Shown: piece by piece, positions 9,416-18,482 of the stretch
How the letters are laid out: each line of letters starts with the position of its first letter
How positions within the stretch are numbered: position 1 is the first letter of the stretch
Assembly: GCA_041650335.1 (NCBI GenBank)
Contig: JBAZLK010000003.1
Span: forward strand, 57,765-121,764
Direction of reading: 5' to 3'
Length of the DNA: 64,000 bases
From: Patescibacteria group bacterium
GTDB lineage: Bacteria > Patescibacteriota > Patescibacteriia > JAHIZJ01
Notes under the pieces: model-generated
Database searches by the model: none
The model's input: the letters and a program-made list of their open reading frames with translations, nothing else
Told to the model about the DNA's origin: nothing
Program-made: the position numbers and the translations under genes

Positions 9416-9946
9416 TTATAGACGGCCAACTGATGAAATAATATAGATGCCAATTACGTTTGCCAAAAAAGATATGATGATAAATTTTTTGGCCGAGATC
9501 TTCGTGAAACTGAGTAAACCAGAGGCTAACTCATCCGGCAGCGGCGATGCGAGAATCGCCAGTCCAGATAGTGTTAATAGCCAGCTCGGCAATTTTTTAC
9601 TATCCGACAGGCGCGAGCGTAGAGCTTCAAGCAGGCCCTGGCGGGATTGCGTGCGCAATATGACAAACACGGTAACATCGTATACCGCCGCGCCCAGTCC
9701 GCCGATCAGCGCCACCAGCAGCGAGCTGATAGACGCTGGCATATTCAAGAAAACGACCGTCGCCATGCTCGAGGTAAAGGCCAGAGCATAAAGGACGCCG
9801 GCAAAAAAAGCGCCCATCAGACCCGACTGGTCAATTCGGCCGATGTATTGACGGACGGCCGGAAACTGGATGGCGATTACCGTAATGATAAGACCGGTGA
9901 CGAATATGGAAACCGATACCAGAGTACGGACGTTTTTGATATGCAT
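9416..9946 (-). CDS. polytopic membrane protein of unknown function
   Basis: 176-aa frame with 4-5 predicted TM helices. No catalytic motif recognised. Confidence 0.45.
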   Translation of the reverse strand: MHIKNVRTLVSVSIFVTGLIITVIAIQFPAVRQYIGRIDQSGLMGAFFAGVLYALAFTSSMATVVFLNMPASISSLLVALIGGLGAAVYDVTVFVILRTQSRQGLLEALRSRLSDSKKLPSWLLTLSGLAILASPLPDELASGLLSFTKISAKKFIIISFLANVIGIYIISSVGRL

Positions 9947-10019
9947 TGTGATGATGGTTCTGCTCTTGCCTACAGTATACTGTGTTCCGAACGATAATAA
10001 AAATTTCCGCTAGGTATTT

Positions 10020-10769
10020 TCACTGTGCCGCTATTTTTTTTACCGCCTCAATCAGCATGCTTTCCAAGGGTATGCCTTGATACTGTTCTTTGCTGATTTT
10101 TTTATTTTCCGATATGATCGAAACAGCCAAACCAGCTTTTTTTATTATATCCAAATAGGCATCTTTCAGAACCGCCCCCGCCACGCAGCCGGCGATCAGC
10201 GCCTCGTTTTTTCTTTGCTCAGGCGTCAGTTCGGCCAAGAGCACAATATCGGATACATACATCCGGCCGCCCGGCTTCAGCACTCGTTTCGCCTCCTGAA
10301 AAACTTTCAATTTATCCGGCGCCAGATTGATCACACAGTTTGAAATAATAATATCGGCTGAATTATCCGCGAGCGGAAGGTTTTCAATATCACCCAAGAT
10401 AAAATCAACGTTTCGAAAGTCCATTTTCAAGGCGTTGGTTTTTGCCTTGACGATCATTTCCTCGGTGAAATCAACTCCGATGACTTTGCCGGTTGGACCG
10501 ATACGCTTGGCCGCCAGAAAACAATCGATGCCCGCCCCGCTCCCGAGATCAACGACGACGTCACCCGGCCTCATCTTTCCAAACGCGACCGGGTTGCCAC
10601 ACCCCAAGCCGAGATCAGCCTCACCCACCTGCGCCAGGTCCTGTTCCGAGTAGCCGATATTTTTCGAAACGGTGTTTTGTCCGGCGCACGAACAACCGCA
10701 GGTTTTCATCGGCGTCCGGGCGATTTCGGAATATTTGTCTTTCACAATTTGCTTTGTGTTTTGAACCAT
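10020..10769 (-). CDS. SAM-dependent methyltransferase, arsenite methyltransferase (ArsM)-like
   Basis: N-terminal Cys cluster (CGCSCAG). Class I Rossmann motif VVVDLGSGAGIDCF. ADIIISNCVINLAPDK and the GAVLK block resemble ArsM/UbiE-type methyltransferases. Confidence 0.65.
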   Translation of the reverse strand: MVQNTKQIVKDKYSEIARTPMKTCGCSCAGQNTVSKNIGYSEQDLAQVGEADLGLGCGNPVAFGKMRPGDVVVDLGSGAGIDCFLAAKRIGPTGKVIGVDFTEEMIVKAKTNALKMDFRNVDFILGDIENLPLADNSADIIISNCVINLAPDKLKVFQEAKRVLKPGGRMYVSDIVLLAELTPEQRKNEALIAGCVAGAVLKDAYLDIIKKAGLAVSIISENKKISKEQYQGIPLESMLIEAVKKIAAQ

Positions 10770-10783
10770 AGATATTAATAACG

Positions 10784-10954
10784 TTATAACTCAATGCTTT
10801 TACGCTTATTCTTCAACTTTTTAACTTTGTTTTTTGACAAGTACGTCCAGCCTAAAACGCCAACGGCTGTTTCCACGGCCTCTTTCTCTTCAGTACTAAG
10901 CGTCTGCTTTTTTAACATGCTGATCAATACTGCGGCCGCTTCTTTATGGTCCAT
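10784..10954 (-). CDS. small hypothetical protein (56 aa), below the cutoff of the supplied ORF track
   Basis: Hand-translated: MDHKEAAAVLISMLKKQTLSTEEKEAVETAVGVLGWTYLSKNKVKKLKNKRKSIEL. It lies between the methyltransferase gene and tRNA-His. Confidence 0.25.
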   Translation of the reverse strand: MDHKEAAAVLISMLKKQTLSTEEKEAVETAVGVLGWTYLSKNKVKKLKNKRKSIEL

Positions 10955-11014
10955 AGGCTTATCATAACAAAAACCGCCCTAGTTGGCGATTTCTTAGTTA
11001 CGATGATTATCGTC

Positions 11015-11091
11015 TGGGGTGGCCAGTGGGACTTGCACCCACAACCGCCGGTTCCACAGACCGGTGCTCTACTAATTGAGCTATGGCCACC
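11015..11091 (-). tRNA. tRNA-His (anticodon GTG) with encoded G-1 and CCA
   Basis: The reverse complement gives GGTGGCCATAGCTCAATTAGTAGAGCACCGGTCTGTGGAACCGGCGGTTGTGGGTGCAAGTCCCACTGGCCACCCCA. Anticodon loop is ctGTGga. An extra 5' G pairs with discriminator C, which is the His hallmark. Confidence 0.85.
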
Positions 11092-11238
11092 ATAACAAAA
11101 TTCTCCTGGATTATAGCGTGTTTTTACTTATTTTGCAAGGCCCAAAAAGACGTACAATTAATGTTCTTGACAGCCCCGCTCAATCTCACTAAACTACGGG
11201 CAACACAGGTCCTTGGCCTATTCACAAAGGGGGTAAGC

Positions 11239-11889
11239 GTGGCCGTGGAAAAGACACAAAAACGGTATCTTTCACATGTCGAGTTTCTCCGGCTGGCTGA
11301 CAAGGTAGCGGTCATGCTCCGCCGGCGAAGGTTTGACCACTGCCTGCTTGTTTCCCGCGGAGGACTCTCGCCGGGAGGGTACTTGGCCAAGTGCGTGCCG
11401 TTCTACGACATCTTGGTCGCTTCCATCATGTGGTACAAGAAGGGGCGCAAACTCGCACGGCCGGTCATACTCCAGTTTCCGCCCGAGACCCTGCTCAACG
11501 GCCGTCGCATCCTGATCATTGATGACGTGTGGGATAGCGGCGATACGCTCGATCTTGTCCTGCACATGTGCGTCCGGGCCGGAGCCAAGGTCAGAATTGC
11601 CACCCTTCACTACAAACCCAGGAAGTCCACGCATCCAGGTCGGCCTGATTTCTTCGCCGAGGAAACGGAGGAGTGGATTGTCTATCCCTGGGAGGTGGTT
11701 TGGACAGTCCACATCGAGAAATCAGGCGTGAGACGAGGGACGTTCGTTCATGAATTCGACTGCAAGCCGAGAGCGGGCAAAAAAGTCGTTTTCGACCGGC
11801 CGCCCCACAGGAAGACAGTTGCGCGCACATTCGTTTTCACCAGCGTTGATTTCGATACGCATGTCGCGGTTCTTTCTCCGGTTTCATGA
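11239..11889 (+). CDS. gpt: xanthine-guanine phosphoribosyltransferase-like PRTase with a ~60-aa C-terminal extension
   Basis: VSRGGLSPGGYLA, the PRPP loop RILIIDDVWDSGDTL and the terminal WIVYPWE align with E. coli Gpt (VSRGGLVPG / IVIDDLVDTGGT / WIEQPWD). GTG start 5 nt after AAGGGGG, downstream of a TTGCAA-17-TACAAT promoter. The upstream part of the supplied ORF (from 11083) overlaps tRNA-His and is rejected. Confidence 0.7.
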   Translation: MAVEKTQKRYLSHVEFLRLADKVAVMLRRRRFDHCLLVSRGGLSPGGYLAKCVPFYDILVASIMWYKKGRKLARPVILQFPPETLLNGRRILIIDDVWDSGDTLDLVLHMCVRAGAKVRIATLHYKPRKSTHPGRPDFFAEETEEWIVYPWEVVWTVHIEKSGVRRGTFVHEFDCKPRAGKKVVFDRPPHRKTVARTFVFTSVDFDTHVAVLSPVS

Positions 11890-12005
11890 TCCCAGCGGTC
11901 ATCAAGCTGGGTCAATCTGAGCATGACGGCCCGCCGGACTTCTGTGCGGAGGAGACGAACGGCTGGATCGTCTATCCTTGGGAATTGCGGGAACATCAGT
12001 CGTAA
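11886..12005 (+). pseudogene. relic 3' end of a second gpt-like gene (40-codon frame overlapping the gpt stop as ATGA)
   Basis: Translates to MIPAVIKLGQSEHDGPPDFCAEETNGWIVYPWELREHQS*. PDFCAEETNGWIVYPWE parallels PDFFAEETEEWIVYPWE of the gene above. The nucleotide copies differ mostly at synonymous positions. Confidence 0.4.
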
Positions 12006-12565
12006 AGGAGGAAACGCGGTATGAAATCGCCCTGGAAAGTATTTATCGAGCGCAAAGGCGTCAACCGGTGTACATTCGACCATGTCTTCGAACCGGATCC
12101 GGTCGCCGGCGGCTAGATCAACTTCGACCAGCCCCCGCTTCTCGACCAGCCGGTTGGCCAGTACGAGATCCTGATGGTCGATAGCGTCCTCCGCATGGTG
12201 ATCATCAGGCCGAAGGATGACCTGGCTCATTGACGGTACCACCCATCCACCATGGGTGGCTTTTTTGTGGGAGCAAAGAAAAAGCCCGCCGTTTTTCAAA
12301 CGACGGACGGCTCGGCCTCGCCCAGGATATCAACGGTGATTTCCTTGCGAGAACCCGTGTTCACAATGCCGACGACGCGACAGCTGTATCGCTGCCAACC
12401 GCCGGCCTTAAGCCGAAAGTTGAGAATCTGCGTTTCGTCCCCACGCGGCGCATGACAGAACTCAGCCGTGGTTTGGCTCTCAGCCAATAGTTCGGAACCG
12501 GCTTGAACGTGCACTGCCCAGAGCGCGCTCATGGACACACCTCCTTCTCCGGCTGAAGACCGCAC
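11990..12565 (-). pseudogene. MOSC-domain protein gene disrupted by a frameshift near 12296-12300, with a degenerate 3' end
   Basis: Frame 1 (12565..12296) ends ...ITVDILGEAEPSVV*. Frame 2 (12299 downward) continues THGGWVV...DLVLANRLVEKRGLVEVDLAAGDRIRFEDMVECTPV, resembling the YiiM/MOSC core (HGG...GENLTL...CIGDRLRIG...EVTQP). Beyond about 12000 the frame runs antisense through the gpt relic. Confidence 0.4.
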
Positions 12566-12729
12566 GTCAACTCTCGCTCCCCGTCAACACAGCCCATCTT
12601 CTTATATTGTAGCACGATATTGCCATGAACATAATACGCTCATGAAAGCGACTGGACATTGTCTGAATAGCGGCATTATATTATGATGAATAGGAGAGGG
12701 TTTTCCTTTGTCAGAGCCGATTTACATCC

Positions 12730-13323
12730 ATGCGACGCACCGATACATATCGCCATAGCGGTTTTACTTTGATCGAGCTTTTAATTGTCATTGCCATCAT
12801 CGGCTTGATTACCAGTCTGGCGTTAATTTCCCTGCGTGGCGCGCAACAGAAAGCACGAGATACAAAGCGCCTCTATGATTTAAAAATGGTCAGAGAAGCG
12901 CTGGCGCTTTTTGAATCAGATAAAGGCCATAGCCTCACTCCGTGGCTAGACTTTCCTCAACAAATCGACTATTTCCTAGATGGATTTGGCGTCTTAGACG
13001 TTTCGTCAGAATGCGCTCTGAACCCAAGTGATTATTGTTTCCTGCCAATATTGAGAGAGTATTTTAAAACAGACGTTCCGGTCGATCCAATCAATAACAG
13101 CACATATCAATACGGCTATCTTTTTGACGATAACGGCTGTGTTTGCGCCAGGCCGGGCCAGCCCGGTTGTGATCCAGAACGGGCTAAAATGACGTACCTA
13201 TACGCTTCCCGTCTAGAAAAAACAACTACCGATCACGGCGAAGATCCGCAGTGCGCGGGTGGAGACGGCGCGCGTCTTAACGATGCCTATCAGAACGGCT
13301 TTGTCATCGTGGTCCGGCTCTAG
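12730..13323 (+). CDS. type IV pilin-like protein (prepilin with class III signal peptide)
   Basis: MRRTDTYRHSG|FTLIELLIVIAIIGLITSLAL is a basic leader, G-1, F+1, E+5 and a hydrophobic helix, which is a PilD substrate signature. The C-terminal Cys pair could form a disulfide loop. Confidence 0.8.
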   Translation: MRRTDTYRHSGFTLIELLIVIAIIGLITSLALISLRGAQQKARDTKRLYDLKMVREALALFESDKGHSLTPWLDFPQQIDYFLDGFGVLDVSSECALNPSDYCFLPILREYFKTDVPVDPINNSTYQYGYLFDDNGCVCARPGQPGCDPERAKMTYLYASRLEKTTTDHGEDPQCAGGDGARLNDAYQNGFVIVVRL

Positions 13324-13365
13324 CCCGAAATATTTATCAAAAGAATTATTACTTAGCATGCGACG

Positions 13366-13950
13366 ATGTCCATGGCTCGCGTCGACATTCATCGTCACAC
13401 CGGCTTCACTCTGATTGAACTTTTGGTGGTTATCGCCATCATCGGCTTGATTACCAGTCTGGCCCTGGTCAGTCTGCGCGGCGTCCAACAAAAGGCGCGC
13501 GACACGAGACGCCTGTATGACCTGAAACTCATCAGGGAGGCCGTGATCCGGTTTCAGCTCGATCGGGGCTACAATCCAACCCCCGGCTACGATGATTTCC
13601 AGGAAGATGAGGGCGGTATGGTTGGTGGTGCCGGGATGGACCATTCATCTCAGGATGGGTTTATGCCCATGCTGAAGGAGTATTTTAATACCGACACCCC
13701 AGTCGACCCGATCAACAACTTTTCTGGAGGCTACTTACGTGAATACCTGTACCTCGTCGACACGAGCGGTTGCTATTGCCCGACGCCGCCGATGACACCG
13801 CCGAACTGCGATCCGACGCGAGCGGGGATATCCTATCTCTTCATAATCCATCCTGAGAGAACCATGACCGACCACGGCGACGATCCGCACTGCTCGCTCT
13901 ATGGTGCATATCAGAATGGCTACGTCTTTGTTATCCCTCCACTGCGTTAG
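13366..13950 (+). CDS. type IV pilin-like protein, paralog of the preceding gene
   Basis: MSMARVDIHRHTG|FTLIELLVVIAIIGLITSLAL. Shares the C-terminal block DHGDDPHC...AYQNGYVFV with the upstream paralog (DHGEDPQC...AYQNGFVIV). Confidence 0.8.
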   Translation: MSMARVDIHRHTGFTLIELLVVIAIIGLITSLALVSLRGVQQKARDTRRLYDLKLIREAVIRFQLDRGYNPTPGYDDFQEDEGGMVGGAGMDHSSQDGFMPMLKEYFNTDTPVDPINNFSGGYLREYLYLVDTSGCYCPTPPMTPPNCDPTRAGISYLFIIHPERTMTDHGDDPHCSLYGAYQNGYVFVIPPLR

Positions 13951-14021
13951 GATTCAGTGGCTTGTCACATGATTCATTAAATTGTATAATATGATATATT
14001 ACAATTTTTTTTAATACAAAC

Positions 14022-14813
14022 ATGGCTAAAAAAACTCCCTCGGCTAAAAAGCTTCCGGCTCAACCGCAAACGAAAGCTCAAATCAAGACAACTGCTCCCG
14101 CCAAGACACAGACGCCGGCCAAGCAAACCAACAAGTCGGCTGCGCCGATGAAGGCCAAGGCGCCGACCCGGCCGGTCAAGATTAATTCCTATCTTATTTG
14201 GGCGATTATCATCATCACGGCCGTACTCGCCTACACGATGATTTGGGTTTCATATTGGTACAAAAGTGGTCTCGATGAGCTCACTTCGTCAAGCGTCATC
14301 ATCAATCATAACAGTAATACAAATACCACCACAAACGCGAATGCGAATGTCAACGGAGCGATCGTCCCGCCGACAACCGCGTGGAGTACGTATGAGAACA
14401 CCCAGTACGGCTATACCATAAAATATCCGAATACCTGGGCCGATGAAAACACCTCGATCGCCAACCCGGCCATGTTCGCCGATCCCGTGGCAATCGCTCA
14501 GGAAACGGACACGGAGCTCCTCCAAGGCACAAAGGTAGAAATCTATGTGGAAAACAGTAGTGCGTCAAACGTCGCCGCAGCCGTGCTCGCAAAAGACACT
14601 GAATGGACGGTGCTCCAGGAAACACAAACGGTTGTCGACAGCATAGCGGCGGTCCGCCGTCAGGTCCAAGCACTCAGTTTCACAAACGTCACCTATATCC
14701 TCAAGAACAACAAACTCTATAGCATTATCCAATATATTCCAAAACTGGCCGACCGAGGGATGTACACCGCGATCTACGGACAGATTCTGGCAAATTTTTC
14801 TTTCACCCAGTAA
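14022..14813 (+). CDS. single-pass membrane protein with Lys/Ala-rich cytoplasmic tail and Asn/Thr-rich extracellular linker
   Basis: The N-terminal 55 aa are K/A/P/T rich (histone-like). One TM helix (YLIWAIIIITAVLAYTMIWV) is followed by an NHNSNTNTTTNANANVNG linker and a globular domain. Confidence 0.5.
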   Translation: MAKKTPSAKKLPAQPQTKAQIKTTAPAKTQTPAKQTNKSAAPMKAKAPTRPVKINSYLIWAIIIITAVLAYTMIWVSYWYKSGLDELTSSSVIINHNSNTNTTTNANANVNGAIVPPTTAWSTYENTQYGYTIKYPNTWADENTSIANPAMFADPVAIAQETDTELLQGTKVEIYVENSSASNVAAAVLAKDTEWTVLQETQTVVDSIAAVRRQVQALSFTNVTYILKNNKLYSIIQYIPKLADRGMYTAIYGQILANFSFTQ

Positions 14814-14890
14814 TAATAGATAAAGAAACCGCCAGAGGAATCCGGCGGTTTTTTTATTATGTCGAATTATGAAAAATGGAATGTCTGTTT

Positions 14891-15307
14891 CTAGGCCTTT
14901 TTATTTAATTGGTCGCGCACGGTCATTATGCACGACCCATCGGCGACAATATCCATCCCGAGTTTCAGCGCCTTATCGCGGATATCTTGGCTCTCCGCGC
15001 CGGGCTGGAACCAAAGCTTGGCCACGTGGGCAAAATTGGCGTCATCGAGCACAGCTCCGCCTTCATCCGGTGAAACCACCACAATCGCAACATCAACTCC
15101 ACCCGGCACATCCTGAAGCCGATGGTAGACCGGGACACTGACGATTTTCGTGACTTTGGAGTTTGGGTTTACGCCAACAACTTTATGGCCGGCGTTGAAA
15201 AAATCGACCAGGACGCGATACCCGTATTTCTCTTGGTGGGTGCTAGCGCCGACGACAGCATATCGATATTTTTCATTTATAAACCTTTTTGCTCGTTCAG
15301 GGTCCAT
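14891..15307 (-). CDS. CoA-binding domain protein (YccU-like)
   Basis: RYAVVGASTHQEKYGYRV ... GHKVVGVNP ... VDVAIVVVSP is the Rossmann-like CoA-binding fold. Start chosen at MDPERAK. Confidence 0.65.
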   Translation of the reverse strand: MDPERAKRFINEKYRYAVVGASTHQEKYGYRVLVDFFNAGHKVVGVNPNSKVTKIVSVPVYHRLQDVPGGVDVAIVVVSPDEGGAVLDDANFAHVAKLWFQPGAESQDIRDKALKLGMDIVADGSCIMTVRDQLNKKA

Positions 15308-15477
15308 ATATTGTAGTATACAGAAAATAATTACATCTGTTAACAATCGACCCGGCGATAAGGAGGCGATGAAAATTAAGGAGGCTTTTTATTGACAACC
15401 GCGACAATTTCTCTTAAGATAGCGCCGTTGCTGACTATCGCTTGGTGATGTTATGGACACTTTTCAAGGGAGGTGGC

Positions 15478-16734
15478 ATGCGCCGAATCAGCCCGTACCT
15501 TTTCATCCTCACCTGTCTGTTCGCGGCCCAGCCGGCCCGATCGCAGGAACCACTTAGTCTCCGCTTCATGAGCCAGCACACCCAGCTGGACCGTTACCTC
15601 GGAACGACCGGGGTCGGCCAGATCACCGGACAGGACATCAAACTGTTCGTGGACAATCCACGGCGGACGCGGCTGCTCGCCCTGGAGATCGAGAACTTCG
15701 ACAACGACGTTCCCGACTCGATCGGCCTGGAGCTGCCCGAGAAACGCCGCAACATCGGCGTCTGCCTGCCGCTCACCAACCACTTCGCGTTGCGCTACGT
15801 CCACAACTCGTACGAGTACAACATCTCCAACGACTTCACCACCGAGGGCTACTATCCGTGTTACGATGACACGACCAACAAGATTATGCTGGGCTTCGAG
15901 GAAGACAACGAGCGTTCCTTCCTCGCCTACGGGTATGGACGGCGGCAGCTCGGTGCCTGGCAGCTTTACCTGGCTGCTTCGCAGGAGCGCTATGACAAAG
16001 GGATGCGACAGAAGGAGCGGGTGGTCAACGAGCGTTTGGGTCTCGCGGCCTGCAACAACCTCGCCGGCCTGCAGCTCTTTGCCTCCAGCACGTACAACTT
16101 CGAAACGGAACAGCCAACCTGGTCGGCTGGACTGGCCCGACCTGTCCCGATGGGTTCGCGCCAGCCCGGACTGTACGTTTCCGGCCGACTCAAACCTGAG
16201 GCGACATTCGTCCTGGCGATGTTCACGCTCGGTACGAAGGCCTTCTCCCAAGAGATGACAACCGACCTGCTTGCCTCTTCGGAAGTATCAACCATGCATA
16301 CCAGTCGCATCATTCGCGGCCGGGACTTCGATGTCGCGGGCGGTAGCTCATCGGGTTATAAGGTCCAGGAAATGAGCGATGTCGCCGGCTACCTCACCCT
16401 GGTGGACACCGAGGTGACCAAGACTGCCTCAGTCCGGGAGCTCGAAGCGGCTCTCTACGGTACGTTGTCCTGGTGCATCGGCCGACTGACCAACCCATTC
16501 ATCGGTTTCGCCCACTCGGAATCGCGCGACCTGGTCTACGACCCGGTCCTCCATCGCATGGATGACCCAGGCCAGAGCTGGAACACTGTCCTGCTCGGCG
16601 GAAAGATCGATGTGCTGTCGCGACCCGATCCGCGCGGAGCTAGGAAAACCGGCTACCTGAAACTGGAGTCAAAGCTCCGTTTCAGCCGGCACGGTTTTGA
16701 CGGCCTGTGCCTCGAAGGCACCTTCTGGCTCTAG
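15478..16734 (+). CDS. secreted hypothetical protein in a GC-rich patch
   Basis: Signal peptide MRRISPYLFILTCLFAAQPARSQ after a GGAGG RBS. About 400 aa with no recognisable catalytic motif; aromatic-rich, possibly a beta-rich fold. Confidence 0.5.
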   Translation: MRRISPYLFILTCLFAAQPARSQEPLSLRFMSQHTQLDRYLGTTGVGQITGQDIKLFVDNPRRTRLLALEIENFDNDVPDSIGLELPEKRRNIGVCLPLTNHFALRYVHNSYEYNISNDFTTEGYYPCYDDTTNKIMLGFEEDNERSFLAYGYGRRQLGAWQLYLAASQERYDKGMRQKERVVNERLGLAACNNLAGLQLFASSTYNFETEQPTWSAGLARPVPMGSRQPGLYVSGRLKPEATFVLAMFTLGTKAFSQEMTTDLLASSEVSTMHTSRIIRGRDFDVAGGSSSGYKVQEMSDVAGYLTLVDTEVTKTASVRELEAALYGTLSWCIGRLTNPFIGFAHSESRDLVYDPVLHRMDDPGQSWNTVLLGGKIDVLSRPDPRGARKTGYLKLESKLRFSRHGFDGLCLEGTFWL

Positions 16735-16830
16735 GCCAAACCCGATTCATTCATTGATTCCGGGTTTTTTTCTTTGGTGCTATCTGGTACAATGGAGGTG
16801 TTTCGATACCTTAGCAATTAACTCATTTTT

Positions 16831-17916
16831 ATGAACCAAAAAGGCTTTATTTCGCTTGTTGCCACGATTATCATCGTGCTCGCCGTTCTGGCCGCTGGGG
16901 CGTATTATTATGGCCGTGGTTCGGGAAAGGTGATAACAGAAAATCGCGACGTGACCACCTTTTCAAAAATCTCGCTCAAAGGCATTGGCAATTTAAAAAT
17001 CAGTCAGGGTGAAACGGAAAGCCTCCGCATCGAGGCCGAAGACAACCTCATGAAAAAGATCGAGACCGAAGTGCGCGGCGACACGCTTCACATCGGTTTT
17101 AAATTGGCCTGGCCGTTTTGGAGCGTCTGGCCGACGAAAGACGTCAATTTCTATGTGACCGTGAAAAATCTTTCTGACGTCAGTGTTAACGGGTCAGGAA
17201 AAATCGACTTTGCCACCCTGGCTCTCCAGGACGTAGATTTACGCGTTAGTGGCTCGGGTACCATCACCGGTACAACGCTAACTGGCCGCGATGTTAATAT
17301 TGACATTAGCGGTTCGGGGAAAGTTCGGCTCGGCCTGAATGTTGAAAAAATTGTTTCACACATCAGCGGTTCGGGCGACTTCTCGCTCAATGGCACCGCG
17401 ACTGATCAAGAGATTTCCATCAGCGGTTCGGGGAAGTACTTGGCCAAAGATCTGGTCAGTCAGAATGTGAAGGTCGATATCAGCGGCTCGGGGAAATCTG
17501 AGGTAAACGCCCAAAAAAGTCTGACGGTAAAAATCAGCGGCAGCGGCAGCGTCTCATATTTCGGCCAGCCGGTAATCGATCAGTCCATTTCCGGCTCGGG
17601 CAAGATTGAACGGCTTACCGGCAACCCGACAACGAATACAAACATAAACTCCAACACAAACACAGCCGCCAATGTAAATTATCTACCGCCTCCAAGCAGT
17701 GCCTATGCCAATAACCCGAAATATTGTGAAAAAACGTCAGACTGCATCGCTGTTGATCATCCCCTAAATCATTGCTACAAGGCCTACTACAATATCTACG
17801 CCCAGACCGAGATTGAAGCTTATAGAAACCAGACCGGCGCCATGATACTGGATTGCCCATTTTTCGGACCAGCCATATGCGAAAATAACGTCTGTACTGG
17901 ACAACCACAGACATAA
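16831..17916 (+). CDS. DUF2807 / GIN-domain (putative adhesin head) protein with Cys-rich C-terminal domain
   Basis: N-terminal TM anchor, then at least 8 tandem ~20-aa beta-helix-like repeats each containing (I/V)SGSG(K/T). An NTNINSNTNTAANVN linker precedes a C-terminal 8-Cys module. Confidence 0.6.
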   Translation: MNQKGFISLVATIIIVLAVLAAGAYYYGRGSGKVITENRDVTTFSKISLKGIGNLKISQGETESLRIEAEDNLMKKIETEVRGDTLHIGFKLAWPFWSVWPTKDVNFYVTVKNLSDVSVNGSGKIDFATLALQDVDLRVSGSGTITGTTLTGRDVNIDISGSGKVRLGLNVEKIVSHISGSGDFSLNGTATDQEISISGSGKYLAKDLVSQNVKVDISGSGKSEVNAQKSLTVKISGSGSVSYFGQPVIDQSISGSGKIERLTGNPTTNTNINSNTNTAANVNYLPPPSSAYANNPKYCEKTSDCIAVDHPLNHCYKAYYNIYAQTEIEAYRNQTGAMILDCPFFGPAICENNVCTGQPQT

Positions 17917-17993
17917 GATACATTAGACATAAGATACACTTAAAAAAACCGGCGACCAAATGGGAGCCGGTTTTTTATTTCACTAAGCCGAAA

Positions 17994-18251
17994 TCAGTTC
18001 CGTTTTTCGACGACAATCGAACATTTCGTCAGCAACGCAGCCATGGCGCCGAGGGCGGCGAAGACAGGCAGCAGTACTGCGCCGACCGCCGCGAACGTCA
18101 CCGGTATTTCCAATATCGACTCACCTTTTTCGTTTTTGATAATGATCCGGCGAATGTTGCCCTGATGGATCAATTCCTTTACTTTTTGGACGAGCTCGTC
18201 GCCGTTGATTTTGAATTCCTCTTGATTCGGGCTTGTTTTTTCGGTTGCCAT
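17994..18251 (-). CDS. DUF4342-like small protein
   Basis: 85 aa; EEFKINGDELVQKVKELIHQGNIRRIIIKNEKGESILEIPVTFAAVGAVLLPVFAALGAMAALL matches the DUF4342 pattern. Confidence 0.5.
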   Translation of the reverse strand: MATEKTSPNQEEFKINGDELVQKVKELIHQGNIRRIIIKNEKGESILEIPVTFAAVGAVLLPVFAALGAMAALLTKCSIVVEKRN

Positions 18252-18482
18252 AATGTTGTTGGATTTTTTAATAATTATTCAGAGAAAATTAAGGTTCGCA
18301 CTATAGTATATTATTTACCTAACCTGAGCGTACGAATTTCGTTCCACATGTGGACAACTTTTATGAATAGGTGCTCGCTTTTCAGCTAGGCTATATCACT
18401 GTACACTGTTGCCCAAATACTCATCACTGCCAGACGCGGCACGCACGACACGCCCTTCGCCCTAATATGTTATCACGCCATT

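Noticed and set aside
9416-9946. Assigning the 176-aa membrane protein to a specific DUF or transporter family.
   Set aside because: It has only generic multi-TM features. The guesses (DUF368, small multidrug export) could not be supported by a motif.
11083-11238. 5' extension of the gpt-like ORF starting at 11083 (MATITKFSWIIACFY...).
   Set aside because: It overlaps tRNA-His (11015..11091). A promoter-like TTGCAA-17-TACAAT lies inside it. Similarity to Gpt begins only ~35 aa before VSRGG. The start was reset to the GTG at 11239 preceded by AAGGGGG.
11748-11989. Distal part of the 183-aa minus-strand ORF 11748..12299.
   Set aside because: Beyond about residue 95 the frame runs antisense through the gpt relic and the gpt 3' end and has no protein-like features. 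It is treated as read-through of a degraded MOSC pseudogene.
14290-14345. Possible tandem DNA repeats or a CRISPR-like array suggested by aac/aca/aat periodicity (also 17625..17690 and 39871..39975).
   Set aside because: These are in-frame coding low-complexity Asn/Thr linkers inside long ORFs. There are no spacer-repeat units of 25-50 nt and no cas genes. No CRISPR array is present in the window.
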